A DNA stretch of 64,000 nucleotides from Octopus vulgaris (Eukaryota): assembly GCA_951406725.2 (NCBI GenBank), contig OX597819.1, positions 112,902,001 to 112,966,000 on the forward strand, given 5' to 3'. Position numbers and translations under genes: made by a program. Below the pieces are notes generated by a model that worked only from the letters and a program-made list of their open reading frames with translations, searched no databases and had not been told where the DNA came from. Below are positions 39,736-51,930 of this stretch, piece by piece (position 1 is the first letter of the stretch; each line of letters starts with the position of its first letter).

Positions 39736-39892
39736 GGTGACCGTGTTTGGAGGTATCGGAAATGTCGTGGTAGATTCTGTCTGGATCGAGGCTATCCTAG
39801 AAATATAACCGAAGAATTTGGTATTGCCTTACAAGGGCAGGTTACTGCAGCCTACATTCACACCAGGAGAAAAACACTTTATCTATTTAACG
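39736..39892 (+). CDS. MMP coding exon 9: hemopexin blades 2-3
   Basis: GDRVWRY...LDRGYPRNITEEFG...VTAAY...LYLFN; AG acceptor and GTAATA donor. Confidence 0.93.
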
Positions 39893-40004
39893 GTAATATT
39901 TCGTTTAGATATTCTTATAAGACATTAAAATGGGTAGTTAATGACGATAAAACCGACATTTAAAGTTTAATGATTCATAATTCTGAGATCGAAAGGAAAG
40001 GACA

Positions 40005-40600
40005 GTTTTACAGATTTTTACAGTTCTCGTGATGGCTTGATATCTGTAGTCTTCGAGTCAGCATTCTCCTTTCTGGTTTCAAGAAGCCTAATTTCTCAAG
40101 ATTGGTATTTACGCAGTGTGCTACATATCCCAGGTTCCCAATAATTACAGGTATACACTTGGACTTGTAATCTGGATAGAGTGCCTGCAGATTTCTCAAT
40201 AGTTCAGCGTAGATATTCCCTATTTCACTCATCTTCAGCTTTGTGTTAACATCCGCAAGGAACTTGATTTCCACAAGCGTACAGTTTCTCTTCTTTGTCC
40301 CAAATCATTATATCAGGTCTATTGTGTTAACATCTGCTAGGAAGTTAATTTCCACAACTGTACAGTTTCTCTTCTTTGTCCCAAATCCTTATATCAGGTC
40401 TATTGTGTTTACATTTTACTGAGATTTTCACTGGGACATTCCACCAGTACTCCATTTTATTTTAAGTGGCTATATTTTCCACCATATTGTGGGTTCTTTA
40501 TTTCTTCGTCCTCGGGGTTATCCTTTCCAGGGTCTCGTTATACAGTGTCCTAGCTACAACATCATGTCTCATCGGTATATGTTACTGTAATGACATTTTC
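40005..40600 (-). mobile_element. R4/Dong-like REL endonuclease fragment with local duplication
   Basis: Reverse strand YWWNVPV...NRPDI.IWD...IPVIIGNLGYV; a segment of about 78 bp is duplicated at 40245-40410. Confidence 0.72.
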
Positions 40601-40829
40601 AAACAACTGCTTAAGATGTGGGGGATATCTTTGGTATTAACACCACAACGTCAGCATCGGCTGTCACATTTTATTATGCGAATGTATGAAGATATATATA
40701 TATGTAGGTGTATATGAATGTACGTGCGTGTGAATATATGAATCCATATGTAAGCATTTGAGTGTATAGGTGCATATGTTTTACAGTAGACATCTTTATA
40801 TGTAATTATTTATCTATCTACCACTTCAG

Positions 40830-41077
40830 GTACTAATGTTCTCCAGGCAGTAAGATGTGTGAAATGGTTACGTAGACAAGGATGTTCGCTGATTTCCAAT
40901 GCAAGACCAATCGGATTTCTAACCAGTCTTCGAGATATCGATTCTATGTTTACTGACAGAGACTATCTGCACATAATTCACGGAAATAACTTTTTTGCGT
41001 CTTCGCTAAGATCTGCAAGAACTCAAATTTTTCAACATGGATCTGTAAGCAAGATCTTTCTAGGATGTAAATCATAG
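40830..41077 (+). CDS. MMP coding exon 10 (terminal): hemopexin blades 3-4
   Basis: Acceptor ccacttcAG; ...RDIDSMF...[11 protein letters not shown]...IFLGCKS*; the terminal LGC is typical of the hemopexin-closing Cys. No TM or GPI tail. Confidence 0.88.
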
Positions 41078-41116
41078 AATTGAGTGAGAAATCACAATTG
41101 TGTAACATTTTGAAAG

Positions 41117-41162
<46 letters not shown>

Positions 41163-41226
41163 GTATATATGTATATGTATATATGCATGTATATATATAT
41201 AAATAAACACATATAAACAACAAATA

Positions 41227-41262
<36 letters not shown>

Positions 41263-41325
41263 TGTATGTATATGCACATGCGTATACACACATATATCTA
41301 TACATATACTTATGCACATGCGTGC

Positions 41326-41367
<42 letters not shown>

Positions 41368-41645
41368 TATATAAACATACATACATATCTATATATATGT
41401 ATATGTGCATGCATATATATGTACGTATGTATATATATTTATATGTGCATGGACACACACACACACGCAAACGCACATAACTATTACGAAGCTCTAAGCA
41501 CAATGGAACAGCTCTAAATTTGAATGAAGTTTGTTTTTCCCCGATGAATGTTATCTTCTGCTGAGCGCAACGAAAAGCTAGCACAATTCAAAAGGAAACT
41601 GTAATAAATAAATTAAATCAAATTCGCAGTCTTTACAGTTTTCTC

Positions 41646-41685
41646 TCATCATCATCATCACCATCACCATCACCATCACCATCAC

Positions 41686-41719
<34 letters not shown>

Positions 41720-41726
41720 TTCTTCT

Positions 41727-41770
<44 letters not shown>

Positions 41771-41929
41771 TCCTCCTCCTTCTCCTTCTGCTTCTCCTTC
41801 TCCTCCTTCTTCTCCTTCTTCTCCTCCTCTTTCTTCTTCTCCTCCTCCTTCTTCTCCTCCTCCTTCTTCTCATCCTCCTACTTCTTCTCCTCCTCCTCCT
41901 CCTTCTCCTTCTCCTTCTCCTTCTTCTTT

Positions 41930-41991
<62 letters not shown>

Positions 41992-42533
41992 TTTCTCCTC
42001 CTTCTCCTCATCTTCTGACTCCCTCCTCTTTTGATGACTCTTAAATATGACCGAAAGTATTTGACTTGCTCAGAATCTTTTCTCTTTTACTTGTTTCAGC
42101 CATTAGGGTGCGCCCATGTTGGGGCATCGCCTTGAACAATTTTCAATCGAGCAACTCGACACCAGTACTAGCTTTGTTTTAAAGTCTGGTACTTACGGTA
42201 TTGGTTTCTTTTGCCAAAATGCTTGGTTACGGGGATGTAAACAGACCAGCACTGGTTCTCAAACGAAAGAGGTGGTGGGGGGGGGGGGCGACAGACACAG
42301 ACACAATGGTACACACATACACACACATGAGAGAGAGAGAGAGAAAGAGAGAAAGGGAGAGAGAGAAGTGAGAGAGAAAGAGAGAGGAAGAAAAGAGCGA
42401 AAGAGAGAGAGAAGAGAGAGGGAAGGAGAGAGAAGAGAGAGAAGAAAGAAGAGAGAAAGAGAGAAAGAGAGAGAGACGGACAGACAGAGAAAGAGAGAGA
42501 GAGAGAAAGAAAAAGAAAAAGAGAGAAAGAGAA

Positions 42534-42564
<31 letters not shown>

Positions 42565-42625
42565 AAGAAAAAGAAAAAGAAAGAAAGAGAAAGAGAGAGA
42601 GAGAGAAAGAGAGAGAGTGAGAGAA
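41646..42625. repeat. Microsatellite cluster (CAT, CTT/CCT, CTA, GA) with a SINE B remnant at about 42083-42305
   Basis: Direct. Confidence 0.85.
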
Positions 42626-43027
42626 TAATGAGAATGGAATACAAATAGTGATGATTAAGAACGAACATGTTTGAGATGGAATAAGTGATATCTGAGAGGA
42701 ATTGAGGAACTGAAGGGAAGAAAGAAAAGAGAAAATTTTCGGTGCTACTTTGGTGTGTGATCTACAACTTAGAGGGAGATTACTTCAGGTAACTTAAAGG
42801 GAAATTACTTTAGGTTACTTTTCAGTTTGCTTTAAAATTTCTAAAAATACGTTAGTTATTATTGCGTTTCTAGATGTTCGCTCAATTCATCGATAAAATT
42901 ATTCAAATTTGTATTTTATCTTTATTATCAAATTCCTATTCAAATCTTTTTTTATAAATTCTTTGTACATTATTAGCATTGTAACTGTGTTTTTTCTAAA
43001 TTCTTACTCTATTGATATCAATTATTT

Positions 43028-43229
43028 CCACTATAGGCACAAGACCAAAAATTTGGGGGGAGGGGACTAGTTGAATACATCGATTCCAGTGTTTCATTGA
43101 TACTTTATTTATCAACCCCGAGAGGATGAAAGGCAAAGTTGACCTCGACGGAATTTGAAGGTAGTGGCAAGTGAAATAGCACTAAGCATTTCACCTGGCG
43201 TGCTAACGATTCTGCCAGCTCACCATCTT
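43028..43229 (-). mobile_element. SINE family A copy, 5' end fused to an rRNA fragment
   Basis: Reverse strand aagatggtgagctggcagaatcgttagcacgcc head through the gtgcctatagtgg tail. Confidence 0.82.
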
Positions 43230-43720
43230 TGTCGTTTCGTTTCGTTCGACGGATCCGGCGCCTTTCGTGGAAGCTTTCGCCCGCTTCTTAGGACCGACTG
43301 GCCCGTGCTCGACCGCCGGTCTTCGAAGGTCTCGTTCGAATATTTGCTACTATCACCGGGATCTGCACCCGCGGTCGGCTTCACCCGGGCTCGCGCCCGC
43401 GGCTTCCACGCACGCCGCGGCGCCCTCCTACTCGAACGGGCATCGGAAAGTCGCCTCGCCGGCGATTGTTCAACCTGTCGCCCGACCGGTCCGTCATCGG
43501 TCACTCGCTCCAGCGCCATCCATTTTCGGGGCCGATCGATTCGGCAGGTAAGTTGTTACACACTCCTGAGCGGATTCCGACTTCCTTGGCTACCGTCCTG
43601 CTGTCTATATCGACCGACACCGTTTCGGGGATCTAATGGGCGAAGCGTAGGGCACCTTAGCCGGACGTTCGGTTCATCCCACATCACCAGTTCTGCTTAC
43701 CAAAAGTGGCCCACTTGGCA
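43230..43720 (-). pseudogene. 28S (LSU) rRNA fragment, non-functional dispersed copy
   Basis: Conserved LSU blocks on + as reverse complement: cttaggaccgactg, gaatatttgctact, cgctccagcgccatccattttc, gttgttacacactcct, cagttctgcttaccaaaagtggcccact. About 490 bp only, with an apparent internal deletion at 43320/43321. Confidence 0.92.
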
Positions 43721-43942
43721 CCACCTTTATCTTACTAAATAATAATAAAAAACCAAGAATAAACTATATAATAATTAAAATAAGCGCGTAGATCAAACTA
43801 ATGACAGCTTTTGTAAAGAATCGATTAAAAGAGTCGAAGAAGAAGGTAAATTTGTATACCACGTGTAGAGATGGGTTCTTGTGCTTTAGGCAGCGGTCTT
43901 TTTCAGAGAAATAACCATAAATGTTAATATCTAATTCGTCAT

Positions 43943-44150
43943 TAAGGCGGCGAGCTGGCAGAATCGTTAACACCTCGGGTAAAATACTTACTAGTATTTC
44001 ATCCATCTTCACGTCCAGGGTTCAACTTCTGCAGAGGTCGACTTTGCCTTTTATCCCTTTTGGAATCGATGAAATAGGTATCAGTTGAATACAGGGGTCA
44101 ACATAATCGACCTGCCTCAAAATTACTGGCCTTGTGCCAAAATTTCAAAC
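43943..44150 (+). mobile_element. SINE family A copy
   Basis: aaggcggcgagctggcagaatcgtta head plus core. Confidence 0.8.
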
Positions 44151-44297
44151 CAATTTTATTGATTTAAAGTTGCTTCCCTTGGAATAAGAGTTATTTCCCT
44201 TATTTTGCATAGCGCTAAAGTAAAATTGTGTCAAGCACAAGCTAACCAATATGCACATATTAAGACACAACATTTGCATCTTATACATATTTACACA

Positions 44298-44356
<59 letters not shown>

Positions 44357-44567
44357 GCGCGCGTATGATACAGTCACGCACAAGCAAATTAAACATTCTT
44401 CTGAAACAAACGAAACAGAAAGATTAAAACCTATGAAGTTTAAATTGGATAACAGATTCCTGCAAGGAATACAAAACAAACCTGAGCACATTTCAGCCTA
44501 GAATTGACTCAAAATATGACTTCATCATGTAAGTTTGTGCTTGAGTGTGTGTACACACACACACACG

Positions 44568-44601
<34 letters not shown>

Positions 44602-45006
44602 CATATAGGTATACATATGCATACATGGGTACAGGACGTCACCAGTTGTAAACAACATGAAATACGAAAACAAATGAGTTCAAAACGCAAACAAAATAAC
44701 GAGAGAAACAAATGGAAAACAAGACAAGTGACATAAAGAACGACCCTTCATCAGTTGTCGGCTGTTTATCTACTCCTCATTTCGAGCATATATATTCCGG
44801 CTGTTAGTATCTGACGAGACGATGCAAATCTACGCGCTTTATGGATGCGAAACCCTGGGTAACTCCATGGACTGACCATAACTATCTTTATCTAACTACT
44901 CTATTGCTCTATAACTTATAGTGTGCTTCTCTTTCGGATTCATGACTTACTGCCGAAATATATATATGTGTGTGTGCGTATGTGTGTATGTGTGTGTGCG
45001 TGTGTG

Positions 45007-45041
<35 letters not shown>

Positions 45042-45044
45042 ATA

Positions 45045-45106
<62 letters not shown>

Positions 45107-45127
45107 GCATACACACATATATCTATA

Positions 45128-45162
<35 letters not shown>

Positions 45163-45196
45163 ATGTGTGTGTGTCTGTGTCTGTATCTCTGTGTGT

Positions 45197-45267
<71 letters not shown>

Positions 45268-45879
45268 CCATATGATGTCAGGAATATATGCAATGCACAT
45301 ATATCTGTGTAATGAGTGAATCCAGCATAAATTTATGGGGATATGAGTCTTTTATGCATAATGTTCATATAATGCATATAATCCATATAATCGATGGCCA
45401 GAGGAAAACTTACCCAGGCTGGAAGGGTGACGAAGTAAGTGGGAGGTTAGTCGCTAGTATGCCCACACTCCGTCGTTATCTTGAAGAAGAACGACAAACC
45501 CATTTCAAGTTATCTATGGCTAGAGAAAGACAACACGTTTAACTTTTAGTAATTTTAGTATCTATGGTGATATATCAACAGAAAATTAAACACCACACAC
45601 CATACTATACGCTAGCTTGTGAACCAAGAGGACTAAGATTTCCACTGAATGTAAATATGACTATATTTCTTATTCATTTAATCTGAACGATGGACTTGCT
45701 TACAGTATAAAACTACATTTCATCAATTTACATTATTTACATTTGATGGATATTTGCCCTCATCTTGTTTGTTGTTAATACAACATTTCGGCTGATATAC
45801 CCTCCAGCAGTCATCAGGAACCAGGTGGTTGGGAAGTAAACTTCTTACCACACAACCACGCTTGCACTTACGTATATAT

Positions 45880-45971
<92 letters not shown>

Positions 45972-45986
45972 AGATAGATAGGTAGA

Positions 45987-46034
<48 letters not shown>

Positions 46035-46071
46035 TAAACAGTTAGATTGATAGAGAAACATACATACAAAC

Positions 46072-46138
<67 letters not shown>

Positions 46139-46651
46139 TTAAGAGAGAGGGACACATTAAGAGAGAGAGAGAAAGAAAGAGAGACAGACAGACAGAGACA
46201 GGCAGACAGAGAAGGCTAACTGATAGACAAATAGACAGATGCATGCGGCTTGGGTGCATTTATGTGCGGATTGCATGTACATGCGTGCATGAACGAGCAG
46301 TTGAGTACATAAGTCGTGTAACCTGACCTTCATTTACTGACATATCATAAAGTCGATATCCAAATGGATATTAACAAGACGCTGCTACATGTAAATAAAA
46401 CCTGGAAACCACTATTCGAAAGAAAACCTTCAGATGAATCAATCCATCTGGAGAATAATCTCTCATAAAACTGAAAACCATTAATCTGTGATTCCTTAAA
46501 TATATTCACTCTACGGCTTTCTTTCGGTTTGACTAGAATTTTGTCAACAAAGAACCCGGTAATTTTCTTGAGCGCGTGTAGTCTTGTCAACTGTCAGTTG
46601 ACGAAATGGAAAGATAAAGCTACATGTTTGTACGTGCGTGCGTGTTTGTTC

Positions 46652-46736
<85 letters not shown>

Positions 46737-46792
46737 TGCTTGTTCTTGCTTGTGTGTGTGTGTGTGTGTGTGTGTGCTTGCTTGTTCTTGCT

Positions 46793-46828
<36 letters not shown>

Positions 46829-46888
46829 TGTGTATGCGTGCTTGTTCTTCTGTCTGTGTATACGTGCTAGATCTTTGTGTGTGTTTTT

Positions 46889-47052
46889 AAGTCGATTATA
46901 TATCCACCCCAGTGCGTAACTGGTACTTATTTAATCGACCCTGAAAGGATGAAAGGCAAAATCGACCTCGGCGGAATTTGAACTCAGAACGTAGCGGCAG
47001 AAGAAATACCGCTAAGCATTTCACCCGGCGTGCTAACGTTCCTGCCAGCTCG
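46889..47052 (-). mobile_element. SINE family A copy
   Basis: Reverse-complement head and core. Confidence 0.8.
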
Positions 47053-47340
47053 TGCGTGTGTGTGTGTGTAGTGGGGATGCGTTTATGAGGTATTCAGGAT
47101 CAACAACATGAAGGAAAGAACAGTCCATATTAATACGAATATGTAAGCATAATTTGTTGTCATACTGAGATTATTACTATATGAAGAAAGCTTCGAAACG
47201 GCCGTAACCCTAAGGATGCCAATTGGCTAAATAATATATTGACCTCTCATACCTCCTGACCTTTATGATATATGTATATATATATATATATATATATGCA
47301 TGTGTGTATGTGTGCTTGTGCATATGCTTGAACGTATACG

Positions 47341-47383
<43 letters not shown>

Positions 47384-48898
47384 GCATACATACATACATA
47401 CATACATACATACATACATACATACATACATACATACATACATACATACATACAGACATATACATACATATATGTGTATGTGTGTATAAATATATTTCTT
47501 ATTTTATATATATATGTTTACATATATTTACATATCTATTGTCTGTTCATCTATCTATATCTAGCTAGTCACACAGACACACACTCGCTCACATATGTGA
47601 GGAAAAGTAATCTGTGCGTATGTATATGAGTACCATATATACATATACAGTTAATCATAGGTAAATACCTACGCAAAGACGTTTAGTTATAAGTGTGCAG
47701 TTAACTCACATATATTCACACATGCTGTGTCAATGTTCATACACAAACAATAAATTACATTCACATACACATATACGTTGACATCTCAGATCGTACATCA
47801 AGAGCAATTATATCTATCCAACCCCCAGAAAAACGGAGGCAATTTGTCGTGACACCAGTGAAACATTAGCAAAACATTAGCCCCAAATTAGGTGACTGTT
47901 TAACATTTTGATTGTGTTGGTCCTTCTGTTAGGCAGTTAAGTAGTCATTGTTTCCTACACCACGATTCCATAGAGAGCAAAGTTGAAACGATGAAAGCGA
48001 ATCTCTGTTTAGTGTATATATTAATTCTAATTGCAAGCTTGGCAGACGATAGCTGTCCTAGCTTACTGGGTCTGTTTTTGCTTCTGTGTTTTGAGTTCAC
48101 GTCGTACAATGTTTCCTCCTCGTCTTTCATCCATTCATGCCGTTGTTTTTGGAGTCGTTCAACTACTTCCAACTAGGAAGCTTCGGCGTTTTGTGTTCAT
48201 GTGGTACATTGTTTCGCTTTCATCTTTCATTTATACTTCTATATACACATCCATTCATCCACCCATACAGCATCTACCCATATATCCATTTTTCCAGCCA
48301 TACATACGTACATCTTTCTATCGTTCCAAGCAGCCACCAATCAGTCCCCCCAACCATACTTAGAGACATGCATCTATGCACCCATGCGTACATATGTCCA
48401 TATGTCCATCCAGTTAGCTAGCCAGCCAGCCAGCCATCTACCCATCCATCTATCCATGCATACATCTATGCACCCACACCGCATATATCCACCCACTCAT
48501 CCATTGTATCCACCGATCCATCCATCCAACCATCCATCCATCCATCTCCTTTCATACGCACATCCATCCATCTGTCCAATCCATCCATCAATCCAGCCAG
48601 TCAGCCAACCGCCGCCCTTCCATAGTCTATCAATCTCCCAGCAATTTAACTTCGTGTTTATTTTCATTCAGTTATTAAAACAATGACCGTTTGTATTGCA
48701 AGAGAGCGAAGCAACGCAACATGACTTCAGCCAGACCAAATAGCAGACATAGTGCTGTGGGTTGGTAGGGTTCGAATCCAAAGACTTCAGTGAAACGACA
48801 GAATTGGTCATATGAAATAACCTCTATGTGCACAACTTACAAAATAAGTGTCCACGAAATATATAGATATATGTGTTTATATATAAGAGTACACACAC

Positions 48899-48955
<57 letters not shown>

Positions 48956-49013
48956 CGTATATATATACGCGTTGTGTATATATATGTATGTATATATACA
49001 TATAAATATATAC

Positions 49014-49065
<52 letters not shown>

Positions 49066-49071
<6 letters not shown>

Positions 49072-50150
49072 GTTATCGCCATACTAATATGGCATTCTTA
49101 TAAAAATAAGAAAAAAGCTGTCCGCTTATTAGCTCCATGAGGCCATCGCCTTAAGTTAGCTATTTGATACACAAACTGTATCCATATAACCTTCGAACAA
49201 GGGAGGTCAGTCGCTCCACACTACTTGACCGGCAGCTACAGACGCGTTTCGGGGTATTGCCCCTTTTCAATGCAGCGTAGCCAGCCAGTAGGTGTCGCTT
49301 CCGACAATCTCTGTTCGATGGTTTTATTTACCTAGTTTCGGTGGAATACATCCACTTGTTTTCAATAATAGAAATATTAAAATAACTAAGTCTCTCTAAA
49401 AGAGAACAGCGGCAGCGTTCCCGGAAAATAATAGTTATCGCCATACTAATATGGCATTCTTATAAAAATAAGAAAAAAGCTGTCCGCTTATTAGCTCCAT
49501 GAGGCCATCGCCTTAAGTTAGCTATTTGATACACAAACTGTATCCATATAACCTTCGAACAAGGGAGGTCAGTCGCTCCACACTACTTGACCCGCAGCTA
49601 CAGACGCGTTTCGGGGTATTGCCCCTTTTCAATGCAGCGTAGCCAGCCAGTAGGTGTCGCTTCCGACAATCTCTGTTCGATGGTTTTATTTACCTAGTTT
49701 CGGTGGAATACATCCACTTGTTTTCAATAATAGAAATATTAAAATAACTAAGTCTCTCTAAAAGAGAACAGCGGCAGCGTTCCCGGAAAATAATAGTTAT
49801 CGCCATACTAATATGGCATTCTTATAAAAATAAGAAAAAAGCTGTCCGCTTATTAGCTCCATGAGGCCATCGCCTTAAGTTAGCTATTTGATACACAAAC
49901 TGTATCCATATAACCTTCGAACAAGGGAGGTCAGTCGCTCCACACTACTTGACCCGCAGCTACAGACGCGTTTCGGGGTATTGCCCCTTTTCAATGCAGC
50001 GTAGCCAGCCAGTAGGTGTCGCTTCCGACAATCTCTGTTCGATGGTTTTATTTACCTAGTTTCGGTGCATTGAAAAGGGGCAATACCCCGAAACGCGTCT
50101 GTAGCTGCCGGTCAAGTAGTGTGGAGCGACTGACCTCCCTTGTTCGAAGG
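49066..50150 (-). repeat. Tandem array, 362-bp unit x about 2.8, plus an inverted 85-bp terminal copy; hammerhead-bearing PLE/retrozyme-like
   Basis: atactaatatgg at 49081, 49443 and 49805; 50066-50150 is the reverse complement of part of the unit; (TA)n on the left flank. Confidence 0.93.
49235..49276 (-). ncRNA. Type I hammerhead ribozyme, U3-A8 core variant (further copies at 49597-49638 and 49959-50000; + strand copy at 50066-50105)
   Basis: gcugca-UUGAAAA-gggg caaua cccc-GAAA-cgc-GUC/uguagc; stem I is extended by uggcuggc/gccgguca. Confidence 0.8.
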
Positions 50151-50173
50151 GAATATTGAGTCTGATATGAAAT

Positions 50174-50217
50174 CCACCTGATGAATGTCATTTGAAGACA
50201 GGAAACAATTGTAGTGG
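50174..50217 (+). ncRNA. Type I hammerhead-like motif (third family)
   Basis: ccac-CUGAUGA-a uguc auuugaa gaca g-GAAA-c aauu-GUA/gugg; the first stem II pair is mismatched. Confidence 0.65.
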
Positions 50218-51930
50218 CGATTTATTTACTTTATATTAAAATTTTTTTTTGTATTGATTAAGTCTTTCCTTGTTTGATTTGCAAAATAGTGATTTTGTCT
50301 CTAATTAATATTATATAATATTTTACTATAAAATTGGATTCAATCCTAAATCTGATTTTTCCCTGTAAATTTGGATTTATTCCCTAATATTTATTATTAT
50401 ATTATATATATAGGTATAAACATTATATATAAAGAAACAAGAACGTGAAATACACAAAGGGACGAACACAGAAAACAGACGGGTCATTCGAAGCCTTTAA
50501 TCTTCAGTCAGAAACCGGATCATCATAGCAAATTTCGGCTGATATATATATGAGCGTAAATTAACCAGTGGTGAGTGATGAAGTGTGATGGGGTGACAAA
50601 TATGGCGAAGTTATATGGTGGAATGATAAATGCAGTGAAGTAGCAGATAGTGTGTAGTAGCAAAATATTGTACAAAATGCCTTGTGGTATTTGTTACAGC
50701 TCTTTACTTTCTAAATTCGAATCCCACCAAGGCCACTTTAGCTTTTCATCCTTCCGGGATCGATAAAATTAACTACTAGTCAAATATTGGGATCGGAATT
50801 AATTCGATAAACCATTTCCCTAAAAATGGTAGCCTTGTGCCTAAATTTTAAAAATCCGGAGCCGTAGATTAGTAAAATTGTTAGGACGTTGGAGAAAATA
50901 TCTTGCAGTGTTTGTTTTGGCTCTTTACGCTCTAGTTTAAAATCTGGCCATAGTCAACTTTACTTTCCATTCTTCCGGAGTAGACGAAGTAAAGTAACAA
51001 TCAAGTACTGGGGTCGACTTAACTGACTAGTCCCTTGCATCAAAATTATTGGCCTTGTATCTAAATCAGAAACCAAAGGCGGCGAGGAGTAGAATCGCTA
51101 AGGCATTGGGAAAATGCCCTGCAGTATTTCTTGCGGTACTTAATAGTCTGGGTTCAAATCCATCTGGAGTCAACTTTGCTTTTTATCCCTTTGCTGTTGA
51201 TAAAATAATTACTGAATCGATGGTGTCGACCCAATATTTAACTAAGGTCTTGTTAAATTTCTTCCAGCAAACATAAGTAGTTCTAATTGTCACCACATTA
51301 TTTTCATGTAGTTTTGATGTAGTTTTCTATGCTGATGATGAAAAATGCATTCATTTTTCCTCCTTGAAATTAATAATAAAGAAGTGACAAGCATTTAAAA
51401 ATTGTGTAATTTTAGCCAATCAGAAGCCTTCAATCGGGTGGGGATTTGAAATACCTCAAGTGGTTGAAAGAAAAGAAATTTAACAAGATCATTTAACTGG
51501 TACCAATGAATAAAGTACCAGCCTGTTAAGTAGTGGGGTCAATTGTATCGACGAACCTCTTCCCTTTAAAATTACTGACCTTGTCCCTAAACCAAAAACC
51601 ATTATTAGAGAGATCCGCTTCAAGTATAGAGAGAGCTAAAGCGGTTTATCTTACTACGCCTTTGATCATGTAGGAGTATAGGAAACAAAGATGACGACAG
51701 CTACATAAACAGCTACTACTGCAAGTACTACAGTTATAAGAGTAACAACAGCTGCAGCAACAACAACTATATCACCATCAACCCCACCAACTTCAACAAC
51801 AACAACAGCTAAGAGAATCACTACCACCGCCAACAGCCACAACAACTATATAACAGCTACGACAGTAATAAGAGCAGTCATGAGAATAAGAGCAACAGCG
51901 ATAACAACAACACCAGATGAAAAAGAAATA

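Noticed and set aside
43230-43720. Functional rRNA gene or rDNA unit
   Set aside because: Only about 0.5 kb, internally deleted, with no 18S/5.8S/ITS context.
43155-43742. 195-aa and overlapping GC-rich ORFs
   Set aside because: Spurious translations of the 28S rRNA fragment.
47991-48176. 61-aa hydrophobic ORF resembling a signal peptide
   Set aside because: No supporting splice partners or domain; short ORF expected by chance in T-rich DNA.
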